This document shows, piece by piece, positions 48,511-59,229 of a stretch of 64,000 nt of DNA. Location of the stretch: assembly GCA_049322215.1 (NCBI GenBank), contig JBMORU010000001.1:900023-964022 (forward strand). Direction: 5' to 3'. Origin of the DNA: Patescibacteria group bacterium. Its GTDB lineage: Bacteria > Patescibacteriota > WWE3 > UBA101185 > UBA10185. Under the pieces are notes generated by a model. The model saw only the letters and a program-made list of their open reading frames with translations, searched no databases and had not been told where the DNA came from. The first letter of the stretch is position 1. Every line of letters begins with the position of its first letter. The position numbers and the translations under genes are program-made.

Positions 48511-49398
48511 ATGAGTAAATATCAAATAATTCTGTACTATAACTATACTAAAGTTAAAAATCCAGAAGAGTTTAAAACCCAGCAAAAACAACTGTGTGAA
48601 AAGTTAAATTTAACAGGCAGAATAATAATTGCTGAAGAGGGAATAAACGGAACACTTGAGGGCACAGTAAATAATATAAAAGAATACATAAACGACTTAC
48701 TAACAAGAAAAAACTTTTCTGACACACATATTAAATATAGTGAAGGAACAGGAAATGCGTTTCCCAAACTGTCGGTTAAGGTGCGCCCTGAAATTGTTAC
48801 AGCAAAACTCGGGGATGCTGACATTAATCCAAAGAAAATTACTGGAAAATATATATCTGCGGAAGAATTACACGAATTATTTGAGTCAGGAGAAGAATTT
48901 TATATAGTAGATATGCGCAATAACTACGAACACGCAGTAGGGCACTTCGAAAATTCTGTATTACCACAGTTTAAAAACTTTAGAGACCTAGCAAAAGTAA
49001 TTAACGACTTAGAACACCTAAGAGACAAGAAGATTGTTACTGTTTGTACAGGGGGAGTACGCTGTGAAAAGGCGTCGGGGTATTTGCTATCTAAGGGGTT
49101 TAGCGATGTTTCTCAACTTTACGGAGGTATAGTAACCTACATGGAGAAATACCCAAATCAAAACTTTTTGGGAGAATTATATGTATTTGATGGAAGAGTG
49201 ATAATGGGATTTAACCTAAACTCGAAAGAACATAAACTAATAGGTAAATGCGAACTTTGTGATACCCCGAGCAACAACTACATAAACTGCGCAGATGATG
49301 CATGCCATAGACACTTTATATGCTGCAAAGAGTGTTTAAACACACAAGGTGACGTTATACTATGCAGTAAACAGCATTCTAAAATATCCTCAAAATAA
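48511..49398 (+). CDS. trhO: Rhodanese-domain tRNA U34 hydroxylase (UPF0176)
   Basis: Motifs GRIIIAEEGINGT, D.RN.YE..GHF, CTGGVRCEK, GELYVFDGR. Confidence 0.9.
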   Translation: MSKYQIILYYNYTKVKNPEEFKTQQKQLCEKLNLTGRIIIAEEGINGTLEGTVNNIKEYINDLLTRKNFSDTHIKYSEGTGNAFPKLSVKVRPEIVTAKLGDADINPKKITGKYISAEELHELFESGEEFYIVDMRNNYEHAVGHFENSVLPQFKNFRDLAKVINDLEHLRDKKIVTVCTGGVRCEKASGYLLSKGFSDVSQLYGGIVTYMEKYPNQNFLGELYVFDGRVIMGFNLNSKEHKLIGKCELCDTPSNNYINCADDACHRHFICCKECLNTQGDVILCSKQHSKISSK

Positions 49399-49422
49399 TG
49401 CTTTATAATATACAAGCATTTT

Positions 49423-50607
49423 ATGATTAAAACCTTATCTGAAGACCAGAAAAAAGCTATAAAAACTTTGTACTTATGGTATAAAGCTGCTAATAAACCT
49501 CCATACATTACACTTGGAGGATATGCGGGAACCGGAAAAACTACAACTATTTCCATATTTAGAAAAGCAATATATAAAGACAACAAAGAAGTAAAAGTTG
49601 CTTTCTGCAGTTTTACAGGTAAAGGAGCAGTAGTTTTAAAAAATAAGCTAAAAGAAGCAGGAACAATATATTCAAAAGATTTTGTTGGAACAATTCATTC
49701 TTTAATTTACTCGCCAATTATCAGCAAAGGTGGCGAAATTATGGGTTGGGAAACAAAAGATGAGCTCAAGTATGACTTAATTGTTATTGATGAAGCCTCA
49801 ATGGTAGATTCACAGATTTGGAATGATCTGCTTTACTACAAAATTCCAATTATTGCTGTAGGAGACCATGGGCAATTACCTCCTATAAACGGTAATTTTA
49901 ATTTAATGGAAAAACCACAGTTGAAACTAGAAACTATACACAGACAAGCAGAAGAAAACCCAATAATTAAATTGTCTGTTTTAGCTCGTAATGAAGGGTT
50001 AATACCACTGGGAGAATATGGAAAAAATGTAAAGAAACTGACTAATGCTCAGTTTGAAGGCAGAGAACTGGTCGATGAGTTATTAAGAGGCTACAACAAA
50101 GATATGTTGATTTTGTGCGGTTACAATTCTACCAGAATAAAAATTAATAACTATATAAGAGGAGCTTTGGAGTACGAAACAAGCGAGCCCCAATTTAACG
50201 ACAGAGTAATTTGTTTAAAAAATAACCGAAAACAGAATATTTATAATGGAATGCTTGGAAATATTGTTCAAATATATAAAGAAGACCCTGACTGGTACTA
50301 TGCAGAAATAGAACTAGACGAGGAAGGACAATATTACAAGGGATTAATAAGTGTAGATCAATTCGGTGCAAGTGAAACACTAAACTTTAAAGAAGACAGA
50401 AAAAAATCAAGAAAGGGCGATTTATTTGATTTTGGATATGCATTAACAGTACACAAAGCACAAGGAAGTGAAGCAAATAGGGTAGTAGTATTTGAAGAGC
50501 GCTTTGCAAAAATGGATGATGATACTTGGCGAAAATGGTTATACACGGCGGTTACACGTGCCGCAAAAGAATTATATGTAGTTGGAAATGAAGTAATAGA
50601 AGAGTAG
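49423..50607 (+). CDS. RecD/Dda-like SF1B DNA helicase
   Basis: Motifs GYAGTGKTT, DEASM, GDHGQLPP, HRQ, YALTVHKAQGSE, LYTAVTRA. Confidence 0.9.
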   Translation: MIKTLSEDQKKAIKTLYLWYKAANKPPYITLGGYAGTGKTTTISIFRKAIYKDNKEVKVAFCSFTGKGAVVLKNKLKEAGTIYSKDFVGTIHSLIYSPIISKGGEIMGWETKDELKYDLIVIDEASMVDSQIWNDLLYYKIPIIAVGDHGQLPPINGNFNLMEKPQLKLETIHRQAEENPIIKLSVLARNEGLIPLGEYGKNVKKLTNAQFEGRELVDELLRGYNKDMLILCGYNSTRIKINNYIRGALEYETSEPQFNDRVICLKNNRKQNIYNGMLGNIVQIYKEDPDWYYAEIELDEEGQYYKGLISVDQFGASETLNFKEDRKKSRKGDLFDFGYALTVHKAQGSEANRVVVFEERFAKMDDDTWRKWLYTAVTRAAKELYVVGNEVIEE

Positions 50608-50656
50608 CGGGATGAAGAAACTGAAGTAAACAAATCAATTCCTTCATCCGGTTAAA

Positions 50657-50932
50657 TTAGGTAGTCACGATATAAACAGGCACATTGTTCAAGCTCATAT
50701 CATCACCACCAGGGCCTCCAGGCGTACGTCCAGACCAATTTGAAGTCGCCGGCAGTTGTCGAACAACTCTCACAGTTTTACCGCGCACCGCCGAATTCCC
50801 TTTAAGCAGTTTACTGTCATTGGGTAAGCGAACGGACTTGCCTGGTTGAGGTTGTTTTGAAAGCTCTGCAACAGCCAAAACACTTTCGTCTTCTCCCGTC
50901 TTAAAACATGCTAAAAATCTACGTGTTCCCAT
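50657..50932 (-). CDS. Orphan small beta-rich protein (triplet member 1)
   Basis: AAAAGGAG SD, hairpin at 50610-50649, motif similarity to 51663-51956. Confidence 0.65.
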   Translation of the reverse strand: MGTRRFLACFKTGEDESVLAVAELSKQPQPGKSVRLPNDSKLLKGNSAVRGKTVRVVRQLPATSNWSGRTPGGPGGDDMSLNNVPVYIVTT

Positions 50933-51046
50933 TTCAATTTACTCCTTTTCTTATAGTGTATTGGGATTTTTCGATTGTATCGTAATTTATTATGGCTGTA
51001 AACTTAATATATTTAAAGAATGTATACTGGCGCACCGGTAAAGAAC

Positions 51047-51097
51047 AAAAAAAAGAGGTACAAAATTGTTTAGTTTAATAAACAACTTTATACCTCT
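51047..51097 (-). terminator. Terminator of 51110-51430
   Basis: Minus strand AGAGGTATAAAGTTGTTTA...TAAACAATTTTGTACCTCT followed by T-tract. Confidence 0.7.
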
Positions 51098-51109
51098 AAA
51101 GAAACTGGT

Positions 51110-51430
51110 TTAGTGAAGTTCGTGAAAGCGCACCCAGAGATCAGGCAAATTGTAGCCTTCAATGTAACCACCTTCGCAGTCGGTGTTTACATACACCTGA
51201 TTGGTACGCTCCGAAATGTTCGTTACAACGCCACGTCCACGTACCAACTTGTAGGGAAGTAACCATTTCAGTGCGCCGGTATTTTCAACCGAAGTGGTGA
51301 AATCAAAGTTACCTCCAACATTAGGTCTGTAATAGGCATCACCATCGATAATCGATGACGTTGGAACAGTGATATGACGTAATACTGGATGTGTTACTAC
51401 AAGATCCACATCACTGCTACGTTCTCTCAT
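51110..51430 (-). CDS. Orphan small protein (triplet member 2)
   Basis: AAAGGA precedes MRERS. Alternative GTG start at 51511. Confidence 0.6.
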   Translation of the reverse strand: MRERSSDVDLVVTHPVLRHITVPTSSIIDGDAYYRPNVGGNFDFTTSVENTGALKWLLPYKLVRGRGVVTNISERTNQVYVNTDCEGGYIEGYNLPDLWVRFHELH

Positions 51431-51662
51431 GACGGTTCCTTTAAGGACAGTTGAAAACAACCCTCCCCAAAACCGTACCTTCACACGGTAGATATAAAAA
51501 ATGTTACGCACATTTAACCTCGCTTAGTTAGATATTTAGTTAACAAAATTTGTAGAGATATTATAGCACACTATAGGTTATTGCGTATATAAAAATTTTA
51601 AAAATTTCAGGATAGCAAAGTTAAAAAAACTTTAATTCTTAACTCTGCTATCCTGTAGGTAT

Positions 51663-51956
51663 TCAATTCTCAAGAATTTGAATACGATAAATTGGGGCAG
51701 AATTTGCCTCAATTCCCTTAACGCTAAATTTGGCAAGCCCAGTATGCGCCAAAAGTCTCACCTTAACACCAGATTTAAAAACAGGTAATCTGAATTTGCC
51801 CTGTTTAGAAACCATTTGCAATACTTGCCCTAAACAAATTTCCATACCTGCATGTGGCCGATCATCAAGCTCTAATCCAACAACTCTATAACCACCGTGC
51901 TGCTCATCTTTAAGCCCTACATAGTAAAACCCGGGTTGTTTAATTTTTGCTGACAT
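51663..51956 (-). CDS. Orphan small beta-rich protein (triplet member 3)
   Basis: AAAAGGAG SD, hairpin at 51608-51655. Confidence 0.65.
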   Translation of the reverse strand: MSAKIKQPGFYYVGLKDEQHGGYRVVGLELDDRPHAGMEICLGQVLQMVSKQGKFRLPVFKSGVKVRLLAHTGLAKFSVKGIEANSAPIYRIQILEN

Positions 51957-52063
51957 AAGTCACACTCCTTTTATTTTTTTTTTTGCATGGACAATATACC
52001 CCGTAACCAAAATACAGGCAACATATTCGGGTTTAATTCGTTTTCATATGATAAAATTTCATT

Positions 52064-53191
52064 ATGCAACCATTAGCAGACAAAATAAGGCCAAAAAGTA
52101 TAAATGAATTCATTGGCCAAGCTCACTTAGTAGGAGAAAAAAAGCCACTAAGATTAGCAATTAAAAATAAGCACTTATTCAGCTTTATTTTATGGGGACC
52201 CCCGGGAGTAGGAAAAACTACTCTAGCAAGAATTTACGCCAACGAATTAGATGCTAATTTTGAAGAATTGTCTGCAGTTTCCGCCAAAAAAGACGATATT
52301 AGAAATATTATTGCCAAATATTCCTTTTCAGATAAACCCTTAGTAATTTTGCTCGATGAAATTCACAGGTTTAACAAAGCACAACAGGACTATTTGCTCC
52401 CAGTTGTAGAAAAAGGTGAATTAACCCTAATTGGGGCAACTACTGAAAACCCAAGTTTCGAAGTAAATTCTGCACTTTTATCAAGATGCAGGGTATTCAC
52501 ATTAAAAGATCATACTCAAGAAGACATGCTAAAAATAATAGAAAGAACAGGCTTTAAAATGAACAACGAGGCTAAGGAGTGGCTTACAAACATGGCTAAT
52601 GGGGATGCACGCCAAGCAATTACAATGCTTGAGGCTACGAATAAGATATACAATGAAATTACAGTAGAAAATTTAAAAGAGACACTGCAAAACAAGTTTT
52701 TACGATACGATAAAAAAGGGGAAGAGCATTACAATACTATTAGCGCCTTTATAAAAAGCATGCGAGCCAGCAAAGCAGATGCTGCACTATATTACTTAGC
52801 AAGAATGCTTGAAAGCGGAGAAGATCCCAAATTTATAGCTAGAAGAATGGTGATTTTTGCTAGTGAAGATATTGGAACAGCAAACAACAGTGCACTAGTA
52901 ATTGCGAATGAAGTTTTTAAAGCGGTAGAAACAATTGGCTTACCTGAAGCAGCAATAAACTTAGCGCACGGAGTGGTGGTTTTAGCACAATCAAAAAAAG
53001 ACAGACGCGCCTACGAGGCATTAAAAAAAGCACAAGCAGATGTTAAAAGGCTTGGCAATTTACCTATTCCACTAAAGTTGCGAAATGCCGTTACAAAACT
53101 AATGAAAGAAGAGGGTTATGGTGAAGGGTACGAAATGTATGATGAAAGCGAATATCTGCCTGATGAAATAAAAAATAGGAAATACTTTTAA
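52064..53191 (+). CDS. rarA: Replication-associated recombination protein A (MgsA/RarA)
   Basis: Motifs [51 protein letters not shown]. Confidence 0.95.
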   Translation: MQPLADKIRPKSINEFIGQAHLVGEKKPLRLAIKNKHLFSFILWGPPGVGKTTLARIYANELDANFEELSAVSAKKDDIRNIIAKYSFSDKPLVILLDEIHRFNKAQQDYLLPVVEKGELTLIGATTENPSFEVNSALLSRCRVFTLKDHTQEDMLKIIERTGFKMNNEAKEWLTNMANGDARQAITMLEATNKIYNEITVENLKETLQNKFLRYDKKGEEHYNTISAFIKSMRASKADAALYYLARMLESGEDPKFIARRMVIFASEDIGTANNSALVIANEVFKAVETIGLPEAAINLAHGVVVLAQSKKDRRAYEALKKAQADVKRLGNLPIPLKLRNAVTKLMKEEGYGEGYEMYDESEYLPDEIKNRKYF

Positions 53192-53344
53192 TAAGTCTAT
53201 GTTTTTATGAAGATATACCTTTAGAAGATTTAGTAAACGGAATGTTAGCTGAGTCAAATCAATTTTGCCCTATAGTATTGATATCGGATTAAAAATCACG
53301 TAGAATAATCCCACAAATAAAACATATGATAAAGGAGTCTTGAC

Positions 53345-53962
53345 ATGAAACGTTGGCATTTAGCTGTGCTTATTGCTTTGGTGTTGTTGCTCAGCGTAGG
53401 TATGTGGTTTTTAATTCCATCAGATTATGCAATTAAAACACGCATTGCTGAAACAGCAAACTTCATCATACACTACGGATCAATTGTGGTGATTTGGCTT
53501 GCTAGAGCGGCAATAACACTAATTATTGGAGGCTGGATACTACTTGGTGCAGGCCTAATTGGTGTAGTATTTCGCGGTATTTTTATGACCTATGTGGACT
53601 ACCGCTGGACCGTACCCAACACGCCAATTTCAAAAGGTATGCACCTAATTATTGCCTTTACCACATCGATTGTTGTCTGGTTTATCTGGCTACTAACAAT
53701 TGCGCCGTTACTGGAACAACCTTGGAGCTTTATTTCTGGTTGGCACGACCATGAATATAACTGGGGGCCGATTTTGTGGGGTTTGTACGCGGTAGGTGCC
53801 TACTGGATTGGATACAATATTGGTAAATACGATGAAGACATGGACAATCTAGCAAACTTTTTGTTTAAGGGACCCTTTTCGTTTATGCGAAAAAAATTCC
53901 CATTTAAAGAAGAACGTATGAGACTTCGAGGCTCAGAACCAAGACGACTAACTAATTGGTAA
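53345..53962 (+). CDS. Orphan 4-TM membrane protein
   Basis: TTGATA-17-TAGAAT promoter, AAAGGAG SD, downstream terminator. Confidence 0.7.
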   Translation: MKRWHLAVLIALVLLLSVGMWFLIPSDYAIKTRIAETANFIIHYGSIVVIWLARAAITLIIGGWILLGAGLIGVVFRGIFMTYVDYRWTVPNTPISKGMHLIIAFTTSIVVWFIWLLTIAPLLEQPWSFISGWHDHEYNWGPILWGLYAVGAYWIGYNIGKYDEDMDNLANFLFKGPFSFMRKKFPFKEERMRLRGSEPRRLTNW

Positions 53963-53970
53963 CATCAAAC

Positions 53971-54018
53971 AGGAGCAAATGTAACCCACCATAGTTACAT
54001 TTGTTCCTTATTTTTTTT
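53971..54018 (+). terminator. Long-stem intrinsic terminator
   Basis: AGGAGCAAATGTAAC...GTTACATTTGTTCCT followed by T8. Confidence 0.75.
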
Positions 54019-54075
54019 CAACTAAAACTGTAAACACTTGCAACCTATACTAACTTACTTATAAAATAAGAACAG

Positions 54076-54672
54076 ATGTACGATAGTGATGAAACACAAC
54101 AAAAATTAATTTGGATATTTGTTGTTTTAGTATTTGTTGCTGGAGTATTTGGTTACTTTTACACAAAAGACTTTAATCCCGTTGATTTAGACAGAGCTTT
54201 TAACGGTCCTCAGCCCACAGAATATTCTTTTGGAAACTCTGAATATATTACGTCTTGTTCTATGACCCCAAAGGTTGGTTCAAGATTTGCACCAGCAGGT
54301 AAAACAACTATGTATATTGGTAACAACGAATACTTAGCAATTAGAGACGTTAACCCATACGGTTTTTCCGGAGAATTTACATCTTTATTGAGAAATAACG
54401 TTTTATATGTTTGGAATGCAAATGGGTCATTAGCATCTAAAACAAAAATGACGCCAGGAAATGTTGAAGACTATGTAGCTTTTGCAACACAGTTAAGTAA
54501 TCCAAACAGCCAGCTATTTTTAGAAGGACTTGTCGACGTTGAGTGTGAACAATTACCCTACAACGCAACTATGTTTAATTTACCATCAAATATACAATTT
54601 ACTGAAAATTCAGTAGAAGCACCGTCTAATCCAAACCCATACTTAGAAATCTCTTCAAAACCCACTGAATAA
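54076..54672 (+). CDS. Hypothetical membrane-anchored protein
   Basis: N-terminal TM helix, LYVW and C...F.LPSNI.F segments. Confidence 0.65.
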   Translation: MYDSDETQQKLIWIFVVLVFVAGVFGYFYTKDFNPVDLDRAFNGPQPTEYSFGNSEYITSCSMTPKVGSRFAPAGKTTMYIGNNEYLAIRDVNPYGFSGEFTSLLRNNVLYVWNANGSLASKTKMTPGNVEDYVAFATQLSNPNSQLFLEGLVDVECEQLPYNATMFNLPSNIQFTENSVEAPSNPNPYLEISSKPTE

Positions 54673-54743
54673 CTTTTTATACCTTAAATTTTTGTGATAA
54701 ATTTAATTAGCAAATACTAAAACATGCAGTAGGAGAGAAAACA

Positions 54744-54947
54744 ATGACTGTCATTATATACAGAAATGGTAGCTACGAAGGAAACGGAAAGCTTGATTAC
54801 GGATTAAAATACTTGTTAAGTTCAGACATAACATTTGACCAGTCAGATGATATTTTACTACGTACAGCTAGCCATCAACTGTTTGGTAAATTCAAACTTA
54901 AAGGCAACAATTTAAGTGGTATTGTGGAGCTTGCACGTGTTTCCTAA
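54744..54947 (+). CDS. Orphan small protein
   Basis: AGGAGAG SD. Shares the hairpin at 54952-54992 with the convergent gene. Confidence 0.55.
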   Translation: MTVIIYRNGSYEGNGKLDYGLKYLLSSDITFDQSDDILLRTASHQLFGKFKLKGNNLSGIVELARVS

Positions 54948-54996
54948 AATAAAAGCCAATCTTTGCGTTATAAATAAACAAAGATTGGCTTTAAAG

Positions 54997-55311
54997 TTAT
55001 GTAGTAGCAAGGAGTGCCTCTAAAAACTCTTTTGTAGCAATTAGCGACTTATCCGTTTGCAAAACTAAGTGCCCATCCTCTGTTTGTTGATCAGTAATAA
55101 TAAAATTTGCTGCTAACAAATTTGTTTTTACTTTTTTCGCTATCTCTTCAGTTAAAACTACATAAGTTTTGCCTGCGAAAGTGGTTAACGCAACTTTTGT
55201 AGCTTCGAACAAACGGTCAATAGGGGACTTACACAACGACAAGTCAGCAAATCGTAAAAACTCTACAAAAGAATACTCTCCTGCCAATATAGCGAATATT
55301 GTTTTTTTCAT
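54997..55311 (-). CDS. Orphan small protein
   Basis: AGGAGA SD, TATAAT upstream. Confidence 0.6.
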   Translation of the reverse strand: MKKTIFAILAGEYSFVEFLRFADLSLCKSPIDRLFEATKVALTTFAGKTYVVLTEEIAKKVKTNLLAANFIITDQQTEDGHLVLQTDKSLIATKEFLEALLATT

Positions 55312-55457
55312 GCGCAGTTTCTCCTAATATATTTAAAATATTATAACCCATAATAGTGCTGATTGATAGATAAACACCTTTTATTGAGAAAGTAAGGCAA
55401 AAAAAAGGAAGGTGATTTTGATTGCGGTGAAGCTTTCAAAACAACCTTCCGTATGAG

Positions 55458-55895
55458 TTAGTTGGTTTCGGGCTCGGTGTTGATGTAGTCGAGCAAAGCG
55501 TGAATCAATTGTTTAACTCGATTCCACTTGCCTGAAACCGGCGGAAGAATAGCTGCGACTTTTTCGGGGAGCGTTTTTGGTACGCGTACAACAGGAATGT
55601 ACTTTTCTTCAATTATGTTGTATAAAGCGCGTACGTCTTCCAGTGACCCCACAATTTGGATTGTAATAAAACTGTCCTTTGGCGCAAATCGCAGGTCTGC
55701 GCGAGCGGTGCCGTAATACAAAACCTCGTCCCAGGCTTGTTTGAAACGACGGTCATCTGATGTAGGTGAGTAATAAATTAAATCCTGCACCGATACCCGC
55801 GTCCAATTTCCTTCTAAAACCTTAGGAAAACAGTTAAATTTACCGCTTCTGAAATTTTCATCAGTCATCGTAATAAGAGAGAAATTAATTGACAT
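55458..55895 (-). CDS. Orphan hypothetical protein
   Basis: Start placed at MSINF. TTGTCA-17-TATAAT promoter at 56002-55974, terminator at 55399-55450. Confidence 0.6.
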   Translation of the reverse strand: MSINFSLITMTDENFRSGKFNCFPKVLEGNWTRVSVQDLIYYSPTSDDRRFKQAWDEVLYYGTARADLRFAPKDSFITIQIVGSLEDVRALYNIIEEKYIPVVRVPKTLPEKVAAILPPVSGKWNRVKQLIHALLDYINTEPETN

Positions 55896-56092
55896 TTTTT
55901 TTTCCTTTTTTTGATTCTTTTGTCTGCCGTTAAATTTGTAACGTACAGCGTAGTGTGATTTTAACCTGCAGATATTATACTTAAAAAAGCCTCTTTTGAC
56001 AATACTATAGGGTACAGGCATGCAACTAAACATTGACATTCAACTCAACATTGTATTAAATGATTAGACCTAAACTTTCTAAGTCTTGCCAT

Positions 56093-57109
56093 ATGTTAGC
56101 TAAAATAAAAGACATTCTAGGCAAATCAAATAATTTGCTGGTTCTTACGCACGCCAGCCCCGACCACGATGCAATCTGTAGTATATTGCTATTTAAAAGT
56201 TTTTTACAAAACCACTATTCCCATATTAATGTTGATTTAGTAACTAACGAAGTGAAGTGGCCACAATACGAAAGCTGGGGGTTATTAGGTCTAAACACTA
56301 TAAAAAACCTTATTGACCAGCAAACAGTAAATTTAAACCTGTATGATTATGTATTTTTTCTAGATACAAACAGAGTTCAGGGAAATTTTATTGAAAATAC
56401 AAATGAATTTAAAAAGAAAGCAATTATTATTGATCACCATACATCTAAGCCAGAAATAGATTACTTAATTGAAATAAATGAGCATAGAGCCTCAACTACA
56501 GAACAAGTTTATTTCATTTTTAAAAAATTGCTTGGGAATGATTTAGTTTTAACTAAAGAAGAGGCTTATTTAGCACAAGTAGGTTTAATTGCGGATACAA
56601 ATAGGTTTTTATTTTGCGAACAAATAACCAGCGATTCATACAAACTAATGGAAGAGATGTCAAAAATAAACAAATTAAATATAGAAGGGATATATAACAA
56701 AATGATAAAAAATACAAAAAATTCAGTTTATGTGTTTAAGCATTTACTCCAAAATACAGTCTTTGAAGAAAATATGGCATACACATTTGTGTCACCTAAA
56801 TTTATAGAAAAAAACGAATACACTAAAGAAGACATAAAGTGTGCATGTACACACTTTTTACAATCTTTTGTAAGAACATTAGAAGGCGTAGATTGGGGAT
56901 TTTTAGTAAAACCTAGCGCATCAGAAAAAAATGTTTGGAGAGTATCACTTAGAGCCAATAATGGCACAATAAAAGTGGTAGACATAGCAAAGCAATTAAA
57001 CGGAGGAGGCCATGATTATGCTGCTGCAGGCTCTACAAAGGCTAAATATCCATGGGAGGCCGTAGAAAATGTACTATCCATAGTAGAATCGGCGTCTTTG
57101 GTTTCTTAA
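56093..57109 (+). CDS. DHH/DHHA1 phosphoesterase (NrnA-like)
   Basis: Motifs TH..PD.DA, LD, IIDHH, DT..F, SLR, GGGHDYAAG. Confidence 0.9.
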   Translation: MLAKIKDILGKSNNLLVLTHASPDHDAICSILLFKSFLQNHYSHINVDLVTNEVKWPQYESWGLLGLNTIKNLIDQQTVNLNLYDYVFFLDTNRVQGNFIENTNEFKKKAIIIDHHTSKPEIDYLIEINEHRASTTEQVYFIFKKLLGNDLVLTKEEAYLAQVGLIADTNRFLFCEQITSDSYKLMEEMSKINKLNIEGIYNKMIKNTKNSVYVFKHLLQNTVFEENMAYTFVSPKFIEKNEYTKEDIKCACTHFLQSFVRTLEGVDWGFLVKPSASEKNVWRVSLRANNGTIKVVDIAKQLNGGGHDYAAAGSTKAKYPWEAVENVLSIVESASLVS

Positions 57110-57130
57110 AAATGTATAATACGTTTACAC

Positions 57131-58045
57131 ATGTATAAATACGCACATCCAGGAGCAAAAATTGAAAACAGATTAGTGGAGCTTTTAAAAAAAGACTATT
57201 GGGACATTATTAGAAGAGATAAACTGTTTTTGTACAAAGATGAAGACCCTACTACTATAGTTCCACCGTTTCAAGAAATAATAAAAGGTATCACATTAAA
57301 TGTAGAAAAAACGAAAAGTTTTTGGCAAATTCCTTACAAGTACAAAGACCATGAAGGCACAACTATTGCGCATTTAATGAATGGCTGGAACCCGGCTAAG
57401 CCAAGTTTGATTTTTCATCACGGTCTAAGTTCTACAAACCACTTACATCACTTACGTGTTTTAGCTGATAAAAACTTTTACGATTTGTTTAATATTTTTT
57501 CAATTCAAGCAGCACACCATGAAAATGTTATCGATGTACTTGAAAACGCAGTAAACACATTTACAAACTTAGCAGTAATCTCTGCCACATCAGTTAGAAC
57601 AATGCAGGAGATAGTGCAGTTTCATAGAAAAGAAAGTGATAATAGGGTAGTAATAGCAGGGTTTTCCATGGGAGGCATTTTAACAAGTTGGCATTATTTT
57701 CATTACAACACAGCAGATTTGTACTTTCCTATAATTTCGTATCCTAATTTTGGAGAAATAACACTAGATAAAAATCATGCCAAGCATATAAAAAACTATA
57801 AGGAAATGATAAAAAATGAAAGCTACTTCAAATGTTTTGAAGTTCCTGAAGAACTAATTCACAAAAGATCTAAAAGCAACATATGGCCGGTGATTGGTAC
57901 AGAAGATGAACTCATAAACTACGAAAAAGCATCAGAGTTTTGGAGAGGTTATCACGTTACAGAATTTTTTTCAGGGCATGTTTCTGTAGTTTTTAAAAGA
58001 AACCAAATAAAAGAATTAATACTTGCGAAAACATTAAAAGCCTAG
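57131..58045 (+). CDS. Alpha/beta hydrolase
   Basis: HHG oxyanion motif, GFSMGG nucleophile elbow, Asp in GTEDE, His in SGH. Confidence 0.8.
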   Translation: MYKYAHPGAKIENRLVELLKKDYWDIIRRDKLFLYKDEDPTTIVPPFQEIIKGITLNVEKTKSFWQIPYKYKDHEGTTIAHLMNGWNPAKPSLIFHHGLSSTNHLHHLRVLADKNFYDLFNIFSIQAAHHENVIDVLENAVNTFTNLAVISATSVRTMQEIVQFHRKESDNRVVIAGFSMGGILTSWHYFHYNTADLYFPIISYPNFGEITLDKNHAKHIKNYKEMIKNESYFKCFEVPEELIHKRSKSNIWPVIGTEDELINYEKASEFWRGYHVTEFFSGHVSVVFKRNQIKELILAKTLKA

Positions 58046-58094
58046 CTAAATAAAAATTAAGATATTTTACTAAGCCAGGCTTTATTTTGGGTTT

Positions 58095-58511
58095 TTAAGG
58101 ACACGCAAGTTCGATTTCGTTGTGATGGCGCCTAAAAAGTAAAAACGGAACACCCTCACTATTTTTTAATACAACCAGGCTTTTGCCATAAACCCCAATG
58201 GTATCGATCATAAAACCATTAGGCATTTCTTTTGCTACAATATCAACTTTACCTAGACCAGAAGCATCAATACCAAAGGCAGGTAAAAACCCATAGGTAT
58301 GTGCAACACGTGCGCAGGGTAGGTTTGTATCTGCTTGAAGTATCGTCCACTTTGGGGCAGATATTGCATGGCTAATACGTAGCATCTCTTCAGACTTTAA
58401 AGTCGTTGCCATCCAATTGGATTGACCCCCAGACAAAAGAACTGTGTAAAAAAGATATATGACCAAAAAACCCGCAGAAGCAGCTAGGACGTATCTTTTT
58501 TTAAGTCTCAT
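58095..58511 (-). CDS. Orphan membrane-anchored protein
   Basis: N-terminal TM helix, AAAAGGAGA SD, hairpin at 58037-58083. Confidence 0.6.
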   Translation of the reverse strand: MRLKKRYVLAASAGFLVIYLFYTVLLSGGQSNWMATTLKSEEMLRISHAISAPKWTILQADTNLPCARVAHTYGFLPAFGIDASGLGKVDIVAKEMPNGFMIDTIGVYGKSLVVLKNSEGVPFLLFRRHHNEIELACP

Positions 58512-58602
58512 TATTTTCTCCTTTTATTATTTTTGGAAAAGCAAAAAAGAGCTAGATTATTTAAGCATGGTTGACCTAAATAATCTAGCCTTAGGGTTGA
58601 TG

Positions 58603-59139
58603 TCAGTCTACTGGGGTGTAGAAATCATCGTTTGTTGTCACTTCATCAGGCTTGCGTTGCTGAATTTTAGCAGATACCCTAGGCAGTAACACATTCATAA
58701 CGCTAGAAAAACCCGCTAGCAAACGATTACCCGGAATATCGAATTTGATTTTTAACTCAGACTCAACCAAGTTAAACCATTCAAACTGGGACTTTACCTG
58801 TTTTACCGAGCTTGGTAAGTTCAACCCCTCACAGTACATGTAAGAATTTGTGTAATAGGACTGACCAAGGTAATCCCAAGTTACAATTATCCCCAAGGTT
58901 TTAGCTTGAGAGATATACCCAACAAGAATGTTCCGAGGCACCGCGTCCAAATTCACATCATTGGTATTACCAAAAACATGGTTTAGAGCACCTAATACTG
59001 CAGCGTTATTGGGCAACAAGATTGCATTTTCGGTTTCATGTTTCAATGTCCATCGCAAAAAATCTGCCTCTTGAATACCTGAATCAACATAACCAAGGTA
59101 GTGAATACCACCAAGGTTAAAAACGTATTGCTTTCGCAT
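58603..59139 (-). CDS. Orphan hypothetical protein
   Basis: AAAGGAG SD, terminator at 58543-58590. Confidence 0.65.
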   Translation of the reverse strand: MRKQYVFNLGGIHYLGYVDSGIQEADFLRWTLKHETENAILLPNNAAVLGALNHVFGNTNDVNLDAVPRNILVGYISQAKTLGIIVTWDYLGQSYYTNSYMYCEGLNLPSSVKQVKSQFEWFNLVESELKIKFDIPGNRLLAGFSSVMNVLLPRVSAKIQQRKPDEVTTNDDFYTPVD

Positions 59140-59229
59140 CTTAACTCCTTTATTTTGTCGATTTGTAAGGCCTATAGTATACTATGGCTGTTCCTTGATT
59201 ACAACCACAAACTAAATCATAATTAATAA

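Noticed and set aside
50610-59139. Integron cassette array or prophage explanation for the orphan ORFs
   Set aside because: No integrase or phage structural genes. The hairpins lack clear RYYYAAC/GTTRRRY attC boxes, orientations are mixed, and core genes are interleaved.
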